From a virus, in IMG/VR virus record IMGVR_UViG_3300020214_000005, positions 1 through 64,000 of that record: DNA of 64,000 bases; one strand, 5' to 3'. Made by a program: the position numbers and the translations under genes. The notes under the pieces were generated by a model. It had not been told where the DNA came from, did no database searches, and saw nothing but the letters and a program-made list of their open reading frames with translations. The stretch's first letter is position 1; every line of letters starts with the position of its first letter. Below, piece after piece: positions 40,440-49,216 of the stretch.

Positions 40440-40796
40440 ATGAGAAGAAAAAAGGAGGCCCCAGTGGCCAAGAAAAACGAGAAGAACAAGAAGAGGCAGC
40501 TCTCGAGGCGCGTGAGGGACCTGGAGAACGAGTTCTCCGCCATCATGCGGGCCCTGCAGACGCACACGCAGCCGATCGTCGAGCACAAGACGCCCAACAC
40601 GTACGTTGCGACCGTCTCGTTCTCGGCCGACCGCAAGCTGACGGCCGAGGAGATCGACAGGCTCGCGTTCGCCATCAGCGTGCAGGTGGAGGATCCCTCC
40701 GGCCTCGACGACGAGAAGCGCGCCGAGTTCTCCACCGCCCAGGTGAGGACGATCATCAAGCGCACGCGCAGGCGACGACGCGCCGTCGGGAAGTAG
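40440..40796 (+). CDS. Hypothetical protein (alternative start GTG at 40464)
   Basis: Leaderless ATG or AAGGAGG RBS. Confidence 0.7.
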   Translation: MRRKKEAPVAKKNEKNKKRQLSRRVRDLENEFSAIMRALQTHTQPIVEHKTPNTYVATVSFSADRKLTAEEIDRLAFAISVQVEDPSGLDDEKRAEFSTAQVRTIIKRTRRRRRAVGK

Positions 40797-40801
40797 CCGG
40801 C

Positions 40802-41317
40802 ATGGGGTACCACATCGAGGCGACGGAGATCTCCGTGCGCATCAAGACCCAGGACGAGGACGCCGCCTTCAGGGCGATCTGCGCGTTCAACGCCGAGTGC
40901 CCGCCCACGATGAAGCGTGGCGGCACCGTGGGCGAGGACGGCAAGGAGGAGAAGTGGTTCTCGTGGATGCGGGCGGACTTCTCCGAGTACGCCGACCTGC
41001 GCGAGGTCCTGCGCGAGATGGGGTTCTCGCTCGACGCCTGGGACGGATGGATGGTCCTCACCGGGTGGCACGGCGACAAGCGCGGGCAGGAGGACCTCCT
41101 CATGGAGTCGATCGCCCGCTGGGTGGAGCCCGGCTCGTACGTCAACTGGATCGGCGAGGACTGCGCCCGGTGGCGCTGGGAATTCTCCGACGACAGGCTC
41201 TGGGTCCGCGCCGCGACGACGGGGTGGGCCACCGAGAAGTCGACCCCGACCGAGAACCACATGGCCGGCATCATCCGCGCGGAACGCTTCGCGCGGCTGG
41301 CGGCCAGGGAGGCCTGA
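40802..41317 (+). CDS. Conserved phage protein
   Basis: MGY...KWFSWM...DKRGQE...PGSYVNWIGED..RWRWEF. Confidence 0.75.
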   Translation: MGYHIEATEISVRIKTQDEDAAFRAICAFNAECPPTMKRGGTVGEDGKEEKWFSWMRADFSEYADLREVLREMGFSLDAWDGWMVLTGWHGDKRGQEDLLMESIARWVEPGSYVNWIGEDCARWRWEFSDDRLWVRAATTGWATEKSTPTENHMAGIIRAERFARLAAREA

Positions 41318-41373
41318 TGTGGACGCTGCAATTTTTCGCGTTCTGCGCGTTCGTCGTCTGGCTGTGGAGCTGA
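41317..41373 (+). CDS. 18-aa hydrophobic peptide, copy 2
   Basis: MWTLQFFAFCAFVVWLWS. Confidence 0.7.
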   Translation: MWTLQFFAFCAFVVWLWS

Positions 41374-41395
41374 CGGTGGCGGATGATAGGGTGAA

Positions 41396-41632
41396 ATGAT
41401 GGAGAAAACGCTGAACAAGGCAAGGACCTTCACGGCCGCGGACAAGAGGAAGCACCGCTCGGTCGTCGGAAGGGTGGGGTTCGTCGCGGTGGACGACATC
41501 TCGGTGGCCGTCAAGGTCGTCGGGGAACGCTTCAGGTACGGCAGGCTGGACCTCCAGGTCAAGCCGCTGGCCGGCAGGGGCAGCCGATGGGTCGAGTTCC
41601 ACAACGTGCACCTCTCGAAGAAAGGGGAATGA
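41396..41632 (+). CDS. Small beta-rich (SH3-like) protein
   Basis: V.VKVVGERFRYGRLDLQVKPLAGRGSRWV. Confidence 0.65.
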   Translation: MMEKTLNKARTFTAADKRKHRSVVGRVGFVAVDDISVAVKVVGERFRYGRLDLQVKPLAGRGSRWVEFHNVHLSKKGE

Positions 41633-41751
41633 TGGAGTTCTGGATCAACGAAATCGCAATCGCCGCGATCGCCGCCCTGGCGGCGGTGGTCGTGGCGGCG
41701 AAGGCCTGCGTGCGCATATTCGCGCGCGGAGAAAACGAAAACGACGCGTAG
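41629..41751 (+). CDS. Small membrane protein (40 aa)
   Basis: ATGA overlap, TM helix. Confidence 0.55.
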   Translation: MMEFWINEIAIAAIAALAAVVVAAKACVRIFARGENENDA

Positions 41752-41773
41752 ACCCCCTTCGCGGCCATTTCGA

Positions 41774-41809
41774 CCCCGGGTACCGAAAGGCGCCCGGGGT
41801 TCTTTTTTC
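41774..41809 (+). terminator. Intrinsic terminator
   Basis: CCCCGGGTACC-GAAA-GGCGCCCGGGG followed by TTCTTTTTT. Confidence 0.8.
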
Positions 41810-42580
41810 ATACCAAAACGCCCGGGCGCGGGTACCTGCAGTCGCTGCGCGGCGCGCTCCTGAGTCCAGCGGGCGCCGCGCGGGGTACCGAAACGGCCGG
41901 CCGGCGCCACCCGGGTACCGAAACGCGCGCTCCTGAGTCCAGCCCCGCGATCCCCCGAAGAAACGACCCCTCGGGACCGCGAAACGGCGCGCGGGCCGGG
42001 AAACGAGCCGAAAACGGGACCGGAATTCGCCGCGCGCGAGTCGCCGGTTGTCCAGGTCTTCCGACGGTGGCGGATGAGGGGCCGGGCCGGGGGCCCTCGT
42101 CGCCGACGGTGGCGGATGGACGAGCCGCCGCCCGGGCAGAAAGGAGAAAAGACCCGGGCGGCGACCCTGATAGCTCGGGAAAGGGGGGTGATCACCGAGC
42201 GATGACGATTGTAGCCCGGGACGCCCGTCCCGGCCGCAACCCCCCGGAGGGCGACCAAGGTCCTTGACGAAGGGGGTCTGGGCGCGCTAGAAACGTCTGA
42301 AAAAAGTTAGTCGTGATGCCTCCCCGACCCCGTGGACGACGGGACGGTCGGGTCGGTGGGCTGTCGTACTGGAACGACGAAGGCGTCGTTCCGATACGAC
42401 GACGGACTCCCGCGTTGCGAGGGACGTCCGGTAAGTACAACTTGTGGTACGTACTCTCTACAAGGGGTCCGCGCGAGGCGTTCGCACGATGCGGTCGGGA
42501 GTCTGCCCCGGGGGCGGCCGATCGCCCTTGACCGCGCGGCCGGGGCGGTGTACGATGTCCGCGTGCAGGGGGTGCTATTC

Positions 42581-42952
42581 GTGACCGAACCGGGGCGTGG
42601 GAGAGCCGGCAAGTACGCGCGGCGCAGGAAGAAGGCCGCCGCGGCCGGCGCCGGCGACGTGATGCGCGTGTGGAACGAGTGGGTGCGCGTGCACCGGCCC
42701 GGGCAGGAGAACAGGGTCAGGCTGACCGAGGAGCGCGAGGAGAGGATCTCGTGGGCCGTGGCCACCTACGGCGCCGACGCGTGCGTCGAGGCGATAGAGG
42801 GCTGCAGGCTCAGCCCGTTCCACCAGGGCGACAACGACCGCCGGCGCAAGTACGACGACGTGGAGCTCATACTGCGCGACGCGGCCAAGATCGAGAGGTT
42901 CCGCGAGATCGCGAGGGAGCACCGCGCGCGGCCGAGGGGCACCGACTTCTGA
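42581..42952 (+). CDS. Putative replication initiator/organiser-like protein
   Basis: LTEEREERI...AIEGC..SPFHQGDNDR..Y..VELILR...IERF; promoter TTGACC..TACGAT upstream. Confidence 0.5.
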   Translation: MTEPGRGRAGKYARRRKKAAAAGAGDVMRVWNEWVRVHRPGQENRVRLTEEREERISWAVATYGADACVEAIEGCRLSPFHQGDNDRRRKYDDVELILRDAAKIERFREIAREHRARPRGTDF

Positions 42953-43431
42953 TGGACCGCGAGTCGGCGGGCAGGGTCGTCGTGGCCTTCTACAACGCCT
43001 GGAACGAGCGCATCCCCAAGGGGACCGACTGGGACGAGCTGCTCTCCACCTGGGCCCGCTTCTTGTCCGACGTGAGCGTCGAGGAGGCCCGCCACGCCTA
43101 CCGCCGCCTCGTGGCCCAGGACTCCAACTGGCTCCCGAGGCCCGGCACCGCGCGCCGGGTCGCGATCGCGTCGAGGGGCGGGCAGCCGCCGAGGGAGTGG
43201 GAGGCGTGGGCGCAGCTCCGCAGGATCGCCGAGGCCTCGTACGCCGGCGTCGGCTCGGGCGAGAAGCTCCACGCCGTCGTCTCCGCCACGCTCGCCTCGC
43301 TCGGCGGCAGGGACGCGCTCGAGCTCCACACGAACGGCGACCGCGAGCTCTTCTTCCGCGCGTACCGCGAGAAGCTCGCCGACTGGGAGGCCGCCGAGTA
43401 CGGGGTCCCCCCGGCGGAGGGGAGGGCGTAG
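42952..43431 (+). CDS. Putative helicase loader/inhibitor (G39P-like)
   Basis: TW..FLSDV..EEA..A...L......WLP.PG..R. Confidence 0.5.
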   Translation: MDRESAGRVVVAFYNAWNERIPKGTDWDELLSTWARFLSDVSVEEARHAYRRLVAQDSNWLPRPGTARRVAIASRGGQPPREWEAWAQLRRIAEASYAGVGSGEKLHAVVSATLASLGGRDALELHTNGDRELFFRAYREKLADWEAAEYGVPPAEGRA

Positions 43432-43443
43432 TAGCCTCGCCCC

Positions 43444-43629
43444 GTGGCGAACGGGAGAGGCGGCAGGCCGGCCAAGAGGGCCGACGGGGACTGGGCGACG
43501 GTGACCGTGCGCGTGCCCGCCTGGTTCAAGAACCACCTGATCGAGGTGTCCGAGGGCTACGACATGTCGATCACCGACTACGTGAAGGCCCTGGTGCTCA
43601 GGGATGCCCCGCCGCCCGACGCCTCCTAG
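43444..43629 (+). CDS. Ribbon-helix-helix protein
   Basis: TVTVRVPAWFK..L......MSITDYVKALV. Confidence 0.7.
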   Translation: MANGRGGRPAKRADGDWATVTVRVPAWFKNHLIEVSEGYDMSITDYVKALVLRDAPPPDAS

Positions 43630-43945
43630 GGGCGACGACGACCCCCACCAGGTCTGCGTGCGGATCCCGGGCTGGCTGAAGGGCAGGGTGCTGGCGATCT
43701 GCGAGCGCGACGGGATCTCCGTCAACGCGTTCGTCTCCAACGCGATCCGCGAGTCCGAGAGGGCGGGCCGCGGGCTGCCGTCCCCGCCCGAGGGCCGTCC
43801 CAACCCGGGGATAGCCGAGGTGCTCGCCGCCTACGCCACCGGGGGGAGGGTCGTGAGACCCTGCGGGAGGACCAGGTGCGACCAGAGGCTGGTGCGCCTG
43901 GACGGGCGCGAGTTCTGCGACGAGTGCGGGATCAGGGTCGGATAG
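43604..43945 (+). CDS. RHH protein with C-terminal Zn finger
   Basis: VRIPGWLK...GISVNAFV..AI; C..C...CDEC. Confidence 0.7.
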   Translation: MPRRPTPPRGDDDPHQVCVRIPGWLKGRVLAICERDGISVNAFVSNAIRESERAGRGLPSPPEGRPNPGIAEVLAAYATGGRVVRPCGRTRCDQRLVRLDGREFCDECGIRVG

Positions 43946-43949
43946 ATCG

Positions 43950-44135
43950 GCCCGCGCGCGTAGTTCTATTTTTTCTTAGCCTCGCATAAATTAGCCCGCG
44001 CACGCGCGGTCGCAATTTTTTTTAGCCGCGATTATTCCCGGTCTCGCATAGATTAGCCCGCCCGCGCGCGGCCACGATTTTTTTTCGCCGCATAAATTAG
44101 CCCGCACGCGCGCGGCTACGATTTTTTTTCGCCGC
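43950..44135. repeat. Three imperfect tandem repeats CGCATARATTAGCCCGC..GCGCGG...T-run-GCCGC
   Basis: Units near 43984, 44045, 44089. Confidence 0.85.
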
Positions 44136-44286
44136 TTCGGGCCGGCCGCTTTCCCTCCCCCGCCGATCCGGGCAGGCACGCCTGGCAAACACAAAATCCC
44201 GGCCCGGGGCTCGAACCGGCCCCGCGGCCGTTCGCGCGGGCGTTCAGGCGGCCATCCTGCGTTCGCGCGGGCGTCCCGCATCCGCG

Positions 44287-44652
44287 TCACTCGCCCCACA
44301 TCTGGCTGAGCGTCGGCCTCGTCGGCGCGATCCCCCTGCGCTTCTGCTCGGCGGCCAGCTGCCTCGAGGTCAGGCCGGCCCACACGCCGTGCATGTCGGC
44401 GGCCGGGAACTCCAGCGCGTAGTCGAGGCACCTCGGCCGGACGGTGCAGTGCGCGCACATCTCGCGCGCCTCCTGGATGTAGCTGATGTCCTTGTGCCCC
44501 TTGGGGAACATCTTGTCCGTCTCGCCCCGGCACCTGGCGTTCTTCATCCACCCGTATCTTGGTATATCGGGCGCCCGCGGCCCGTCGGCCCGTTTCCCCC
44601 CGCCCCCGCCCGTCGGCCGCTTGCGCTCCCGGGCGTCCCTCTTCCTCGGCAT
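44287..44652 (-). CDS. whiB: WhiB-family transcription factor
   Basis: W...ARC...CAHCTVRPRC..YAL...GVWAG. Confidence 0.9.
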   Translation of the reverse strand: MPRKRDARERKRPTGGGGGKRADGPRAPDIPRYGWMKNARCRGETDKMFPKGHKDISYIQEAREMCAHCTVRPRCLDYALEFPAADMHGVWAGLTSRQLAAEQKRRGIAPTRPTLSQMWGE

Positions 44653-44702
44653 GTCGCCTCCCTGGGGGGCGAGATTACCGGATGGCTACTAACTAATTGG
44701 CG

Positions 44703-45356
44703 CTACTGCTTGCGCCTGTTTTTCCGGGGGACGTTTTTCCTGCGGCTACTTCCCGCGCGCCTCTTCTGGTGCTGGGTGGCGACGTGGAACGGCGCCCCCG
44801 TCCCCGGGTCGAACCTGCTCGCGACCGAGAGCGCCTTGAGCACCGAGTTGCGCGCCGTCAGCACCGACCTCCCCCAGCCCGTGGCCGTCAGCGCCCCCAG
44901 GGCGTAGTGCGCCCCGCTCCCGACGGCGTACAGGCCCGAGGCGTCCGAGATCCAGCTGTAGTCCCCGTCTATCGGGTAGGCCCTGCCGTTCACCGCCACT
45001 ATCAGCTCGCTGTCGAACTCCGTCTTCCCCGGGTGGTCCTTGATCACGGGGGCGTACCCCGACTTCTCCAGCACCTCGCGCAGGGACGGGACGAACTCGG
45101 CCGAGACGAACCTGTCGAGCCCCTGCCCCGAGAGCGTGGGCCTGGGCGCCGGCGGGTTGAAGTTGTGCGACAGCACGTTGATCGCCCTGAGGTCGCCCGC
45201 CGCCCCGATCAGCCACGGCCCGTTCTGGACGACCTTCCTCTGGCTCTCGGCGAGGACGTGGATCTCCGCCCTGCCCTCGCCGTCGGTGACCGAGATCCGC
45301 GAGTCCCAGCCCACGATGCACCAGCCGTCGCCCTGGACGGCGACTATGGTCGTCAT
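44703..45356 (-). CDS. N-terminal Thr protease (proteasome beta/HslV-like)
   Basis: M-TTIVAV...DSR..K...GAAG...AVGSGA.YALGAL...D..TG. Confidence 0.85.
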   Translation of the reverse strand: MTTIVAVQGDGWCIVGWDSRISVTDGEGRAEIHVLAESQRKVVQNGPWLIGAAGDLRAINVLSHNFNPPAPRPTLSGQGLDRFVSAEFVPSLREVLEKSGYAPVIKDHPGKTEFDSELIVAVNGRAYPIDGDYSWISDASGLYAVGSGAHYALGALTATGWGRSVLTARNSVLKALSVASRFDPGTGAPFHVATQHQKRRAGSSRRKNVPRKNRRKQ

Positions 45357-45465
45357 CGGTCGCTCCCGCGCCGGTGCCCCCTTGGCGTCGCTGGGACGGT
45401 GCCACAAGGAGGGCTTTGAGGGGTGCGTGTCTGGTCGGTGGACAAGTGCGTTCCTCGTTCCCGGC

Positions 45466-46701
45466 CTAGGACGCCTTGACGACGGGGGGCTTGGTCTTCC
45501 GCGCGTCGTACTCCCTGCCCCTGAACATGGCGTAGCCGTCGTAGATCGTGACCACCTCGTAGCTGAAGAAGTTCTTCCCCGTCTCCTCGTAGGTGACGAG
45601 CCCGACGCCCTGCTGCCAGTCCTCCACGACGGTCTTGGGGCGCCCCCAGGCGTCCACCCCGCCCTTGGTGGACGGCACCGCGCCGTCTATGCGGGCGAGC
45701 GTGCCCGGGCTGGCGGCCATGATCGTGCGGGCCCCGTCCCAGTCGTGGCGGGTCCTGTAGGCCAGCTCGATCCTGTGGATGTGCCCGTAGATCACCGAGA
45801 GCTTCTGCTCGTTGAGGTAGATGTGGGCCGTCGAGCCGCGGGAGCGGACCCTGGTTCCGTGGATGCAGGCGAGCTGGTTGTTCAGCAGGTAGCGCCCGGC
45901 CGGGTAGCCGCTCTCGAACCCCACGCCGTACTCCTCCATCCTGCAGAGCGACGGGATCGACATGTCGGGCCACGCCTTCGGGGTGTTCCCCTTGGTGATG
46001 CCGAAGGCGGCCTTGGCGTTGTCGAGGATGTAGTTGGTGAGCCTCTCCTCGTGGTTGCCGGCCAGCCACACGATCTTCGCCTTCGGCGCCGCCGACCTGA
46101 GCTCGGCGCACAGGGTCGTCGCCCTGTCGATCGACGCCTGCGTCGTGAGCGCGAACGCCGGGCTGAGCCTGTACTTGCCGAACTCCGGCAGGTCCAGGTT
46201 GTCGCCGAGCAGGACGATCTGGTCGGGACGTATATCGTTCACCATCGACATCATTATCGCGATAGCTTTCTCGTCGTGCGTGGGCACGAGTTCGCCGTCG
46301 ATGTCCCGGAAATATCCGATCTGTATATCGGGCACGATGATGGCGGTCTTCTTGTCCGAAGCGTTCCTCGGTTTCACCTCGGACTTTTGTATTTGCACCG
46401 GGGGGCCCGGCTTGGGCAGTTCCCACTTCGGGCCCTCCTCCCACGCGGGGGAGAACTGGATCGCCTGCAGGTCGTGCACCTGGAAGTCGCCCTCCGCGTC
46501 CTTCGTGACCTGCTGGTAGATCGAGACCTTCTTGATCGACCCGATGTCGGATATGTCGATGCCCTTGGCGCGGATCATCTCCTCGATGGCGTTGAGGATG
46601 CGTCTCGATTTGGTGGCGTCGGCGGCCTTGTCCTTCATCCGCTTCATCCCCTCGGCCAGTCTCGCGTTGTCGGGTCTGACCTTTTTCATATTCCCTCCCA
46701 T
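45466..46701 (-). CDS. Calcineurin-like metallophosphoesterase
   Basis: PDIQ, LGDNLD, GNHE, HG, GHIHR, WQQG. Confidence 0.88.
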   Translation of the reverse strand: MGGNMKKVRPDNARLAEGMKRMKDKAADATKSRRILNAIEEMIRAKGIDISDIGSIKKVSIYQQVTKDAEGDFQVHDLQAIQFSPAWEEGPKWELPKPGPPVQIQKSEVKPRNASDKKTAIIVPDIQIGYFRDIDGELVPTHDEKAIAIMMSMVNDIRPDQIVLLGDNLDLPEFGKYRLSPAFALTTQASIDRATTLCAELRSAAPKAKIVWLAGNHEERLTNYILDNAKAAFGITKGNTPKAWPDMSIPSLCRMEEYGVGFESGYPAGRYLLNNQLACIHGTRVRSRGSTAHIYLNEQKLSVIYGHIHRIELAYRTRHDWDGARTIMAASPGTLARIDGAVPSTKGGVDAWGRPKTVVEDWQQGVGLVTYEETGKNFFSYEVVTIYDGYAMFRGREYDARKTKPPVVKAS

Positions 46702-46728
46702 GGTTTCCTGAATGCCCCCGCGTTTTTT

Positions 46729-47058
46729 TTATTGGCCGAACTTCTCGTCCAGCCCGCACTTGTCCTCGTGGGCGCACGAGCAGACCCTCGCCCGGTAGTC
46801 GTAGACCGTCTGGCGGGCGATCCTTATCCCCGACGCCCGCATCTCGCGGATTATGTCGCTCGTGGTGGTTATCTGGTCGTTGAGCACGTCGTACAGGCAC
46901 TGGCTGGTCTCGTCGTCGAGCCTCTTCAGGATCTTCGCCATCGGGCACACGAGGTGCGTGCATTCCTTCTCGGCGTTCGTCCCTATCTTTTTCAGCCTCT
47001 GGGAGAGCCTGTCTATTTTCCGGTCTATCTTCAGCGTCTTCTTCGGGTCTTTGGCCAC
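46729..47058 (-). CDS. Hypothetical protein
   Basis: GGAGGAG RBS; C...R..CSC. Confidence 0.7.
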   Translation of the reverse strand: MAKDPKKTLKIDRKIDRLSQRLKKIGTNAEKECTHLVCPMAKILKRLDDETSQCLYDVLNDQITTTSDIIREMRASGIRIARQTVYDYRARVCSCAHEDKCGLDEKFGQ

Positions 47059-47118
47059 ATCTCCTCCTCCGCGGCAACCTTATACCACGGAGGGGCGTTC
47101 GCACAATAGTATAAGTCG

Positions 47119-47556
47119 GTGACCTCAGGGGAATACAGAAAGCACTCGATAGACGACGCCCTCGCGAAGGCGATAAGGGACAGCGTGGGCGACGACGACG
47201 AGGCGCGCCGGCTCGCCCAGAAGGTCATGAAGCAGCTGGACAAGCACGGGTTGATCTACTACTCGGCCCCCGACGAGATCAGCCTGCTCAGCGCCGCCGG
47301 CCGGCTCCTCGTGGCCCTGGCCGAGACCCCCAACGCGACCCAGCGGTCCCTCGCCGTGTTCCTGGGCGTGAGCGAGGGGGCGGTCCGCAAGTCGGTCGAC
47401 CAGCTCGTGGCGGCGGGCCTGGTGGCAAAGACAAAAGTCAAGAACAGGAACCTCCTCGTGATCGTCCCCAGGAAGGTCGCCGAGACGAGCGATATCAGGA
47501 GGTTCGGGGCGCTGCTCAGGGTCGCGTCGGCGGGCGGGGACGACGAGCTCTTCTGA
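47119..47556 (+). CDS. Winged-HTH DNA-binding protein
   Basis: ATQRSLAVFLGVSEGAVRKSVDQLVAAGLV. Confidence 0.75.
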   Translation: MTSGEYRKHSIDDALAKAIRDSVGDDDEARRLAQKVMKQLDKHGLIYYSAPDEISLLSAAGRLLVALAETPNATQRSLAVFLGVSEGAVRKSVDQLVAAGLVAKTKVKNRNLLVIVPRKVAETSDIRRFGALLRVASAGGDDELF

Positions 47557-47567
47557 TATCTTGGGGC

Positions 47568-47741
47568 ATGCAACTGCTCTGGTTCCTCATCGGACTGCTC
47601 GTCGGTCTCGTCCTGGATTTCTTCCTCGTCGTCTGCTTGCTCCGGCCCATCATGGCGCGCGTCGCGGAACTGGAGCGCTCGAATCTCTGTCTCCACGGGC
47701 GGATCCGGGGGGAGGTGGCGCCCGAACCGGACCACAACTAG
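47568..47741 (+). CDS. Small membrane protein (57 aa)
   Basis: Own translation MQLLWFLIGLLVGLVLDFFLVVCLLRP... Confidence 0.55.
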   Translation: MQLLWFLIGLLVGLVLDFFLVVCLLRPIMARVAELERSNLCLHGRIRGEVAPEPDHN

Positions 47742-47827
47742 TGTGACCAAAGTCACACGATTTTTTTGGTAGTTATTTGAAAAAAATCCCCTTACGGGTT
47801 GCAATGCCGAACGCCGTGCCCTAGCGT
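47742..47827 (+). promoter_or_regulatory. CRP-like box plus promoter
   Basis: TGTGA-CCAAAG-TCACA at 47742-47757; TTGCAA(47799)-17-TAGCGT. Confidence 0.7.
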
Positions 47828-47864
47828 GTCCCATAAGTTATCCAACTACATAGGAGAAGAGGAC

Positions 47865-48278
47865 ATGAAAGAGAAGCAGAAGAAACCGGCCAGCGCGATG
47901 CAGGCGGCCCGAGCGTTCGCCGACGCCAAGTCGTGCTACGACGAGGCGGTCAAGACGAAGAAGCTCGCCGAGCAGAACTTCATCGAGGCGTGCGCCAAGG
48001 AGGGCGTGGAGTTCTCGGTGATCACCAACGACGCCGGCGTTTCGTCCAAGGTGTTCGTGCGCCGCACGATCCGCACCAAGGTCATCCTGGACAAGCTGCG
48101 CAAGCTCGTCAAGCCGGCCGTGCTCAAGAAGCTCGTAGTCGAGGAGCTCGACCAGAAGCTGGTCGCCAGCGCCATCAACATGAACATACTCGACCAGGCC
48201 ACGGTAGACCAGGCCAGCGAGGCCACCACCGTCGTCTCGGTCATGATCGCCGAGCTCGAGTCCAAGATCGACGCCTGA
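47865..48278 (+). CDS. Hypothetical protein
   Basis: GAGGA RBS, coding bias. Confidence 0.75.
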   Translation: MKEKQKKPASAMQAARAFADAKSCYDEAVKTKKLAEQNFIEACAKEGVEFSVITNDAGVSSKVFVRRTIRTKVILDKLRKLVKPAVLKKLVVEELDQKLVASAINMNILDQATVDQASEATTVVSVMIAELESKIDA

Positions 48279-48334
48279 TGCAGCCGATCTTGTTCTTCGC
48301 GTTCTGCGGGTTCATCGTCTGGCTGTGGAGCTGA
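48278..48334 (+). CDS. 18-aa hydrophobic peptide, copy 3
   Basis: MQPILFFAFCGFIVWLWS. Confidence 0.7.
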   Translation: MQPILFFAFCGFIVWLWS

Positions 48335-48441
48335 CCGACGACCCGGCCGCTCGCAACGCGACGACGCACCAGTACGCTCGCCATGGGGACGATGTCCCCA
48401 TGGCGAACGGGAAAACAAAACGATAGGGTCAGGAGGACCAG

Positions 48442-48666
48442 ATGAAGAGAACGATAAGCACAGTGGAGAAAGAAGTAGCCAAGCGCCTTCGCGCGGCCCG
48501 GACGAGGGCCGAGATGTCGCAGGGCAACCTCGCCGACGCCGCGGGGATCGAGCGCAAGACCGTGAACCGGATCGAGAACGGACATTTCTCGCCCAACTTG
48601 GAAACGCTCACCCGCCTTTGCGCGGCGCTGGGCACCAAGCTCTCGGCGTTCCTGAAAGGGATTTAA
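48442..48666 (+). CDS. XRE-family HTH regulator
   Basis: LRAARTRAEMSQ..LA..AGI.RKTV.RIENG..SP.LETL. Confidence 0.9.
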   Translation: MKRTISTVEKEVAKRLRAARTRAEMSQGNLADAAGIERKTVNRIENGHFSPNLETLTRLCAALGTKLSAFLKGI

Positions 48667-48750
48667 CCGAGTAGAAGAGCGGCCCCCGGGGTCTCCCTCC
48701 CTTTTCCGACCTCGGGGACCGGCTTCACTATATTACGTCAACGTAATTCC

Positions 48751-48824
48751 GTCCTCGTAGCTCAGCCGGATAGAGCGACGGCTTCCTAAGCCGCAGGTCG
48801 CAGGTTCGACTCCTGCCGGGGACG
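48751..48824 (+). tRNA. tRNA-Arg(CCU)
   Basis: GTCCTCG/CGGGGAC stem; anticodon loop TTCCTAA; GTTCGAC. Confidence 0.92.
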
Positions 48825-48827
48825 CAG

Positions 48828-49145
48828 TCAGTTGACGAAGGCCTCGTTGATGGCGGCGACGACCTTGTCCGGCCCCATCGCCCCGACGATGGACGAGACC
48901 TTCCGCCCGCCGGCGAACATCAGGAGCGTGGGGATGCTCAGCACGTTGAAGCGTCTCGCCAGCTCCGGGTTCTCGTCCACGTTGCACTTGTAGAAGGCGA
49001 CGGCCCCCTCGTAGATGACCGAGATGTCCTCCAGCATCGGGCCCATCACCTGGCACGGCCCGCACCACTCGGCCCACATGTCGACGACGACTGGGTCCCC
49101 CTGGTCGAGGATTGCGTCGAGCTCGTTGTCGCCTATTTCCCGCAT
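48828..49145 (-). CDS. trxA: Thioredoxin
   Basis: WAEWCGPC, SIPTL. Confidence 0.92.
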   Translation of the reverse strand: MREIGDNELDAILDQGDPVVVDMWAEWCGPCQVMGPMLEDISVIYEGAVAFYKCNVDENPELARRFNVLSIPTLLMFAGGRKVSSIVGAMGPDKVVAAINEAFVN

Positions 49146-49216
49146 GAAAGAATTTTATCGCCCGGGTTGCCGCCCGGGGAGGATGGCCGTAGGGTGGACC
49201 TTACTACCTACAAGGA

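Larger units (their letters stand above)
30850..42116 (+). repeat. Polar intergenic motif set: GAGTCCAGC (10 copies), GGGACCGCGG, GACGGTGGCGGA (7 copies)
   Basis: GAGTCCAGC at 30850, 33736, 33872, 34091, 34774, 35199, 37944, 38066, 41862, 41935; GACGGTGGCGGA at 34173, 35299, 38179, 40379, 41372, 42063, 42105. Confidence 0.9.
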
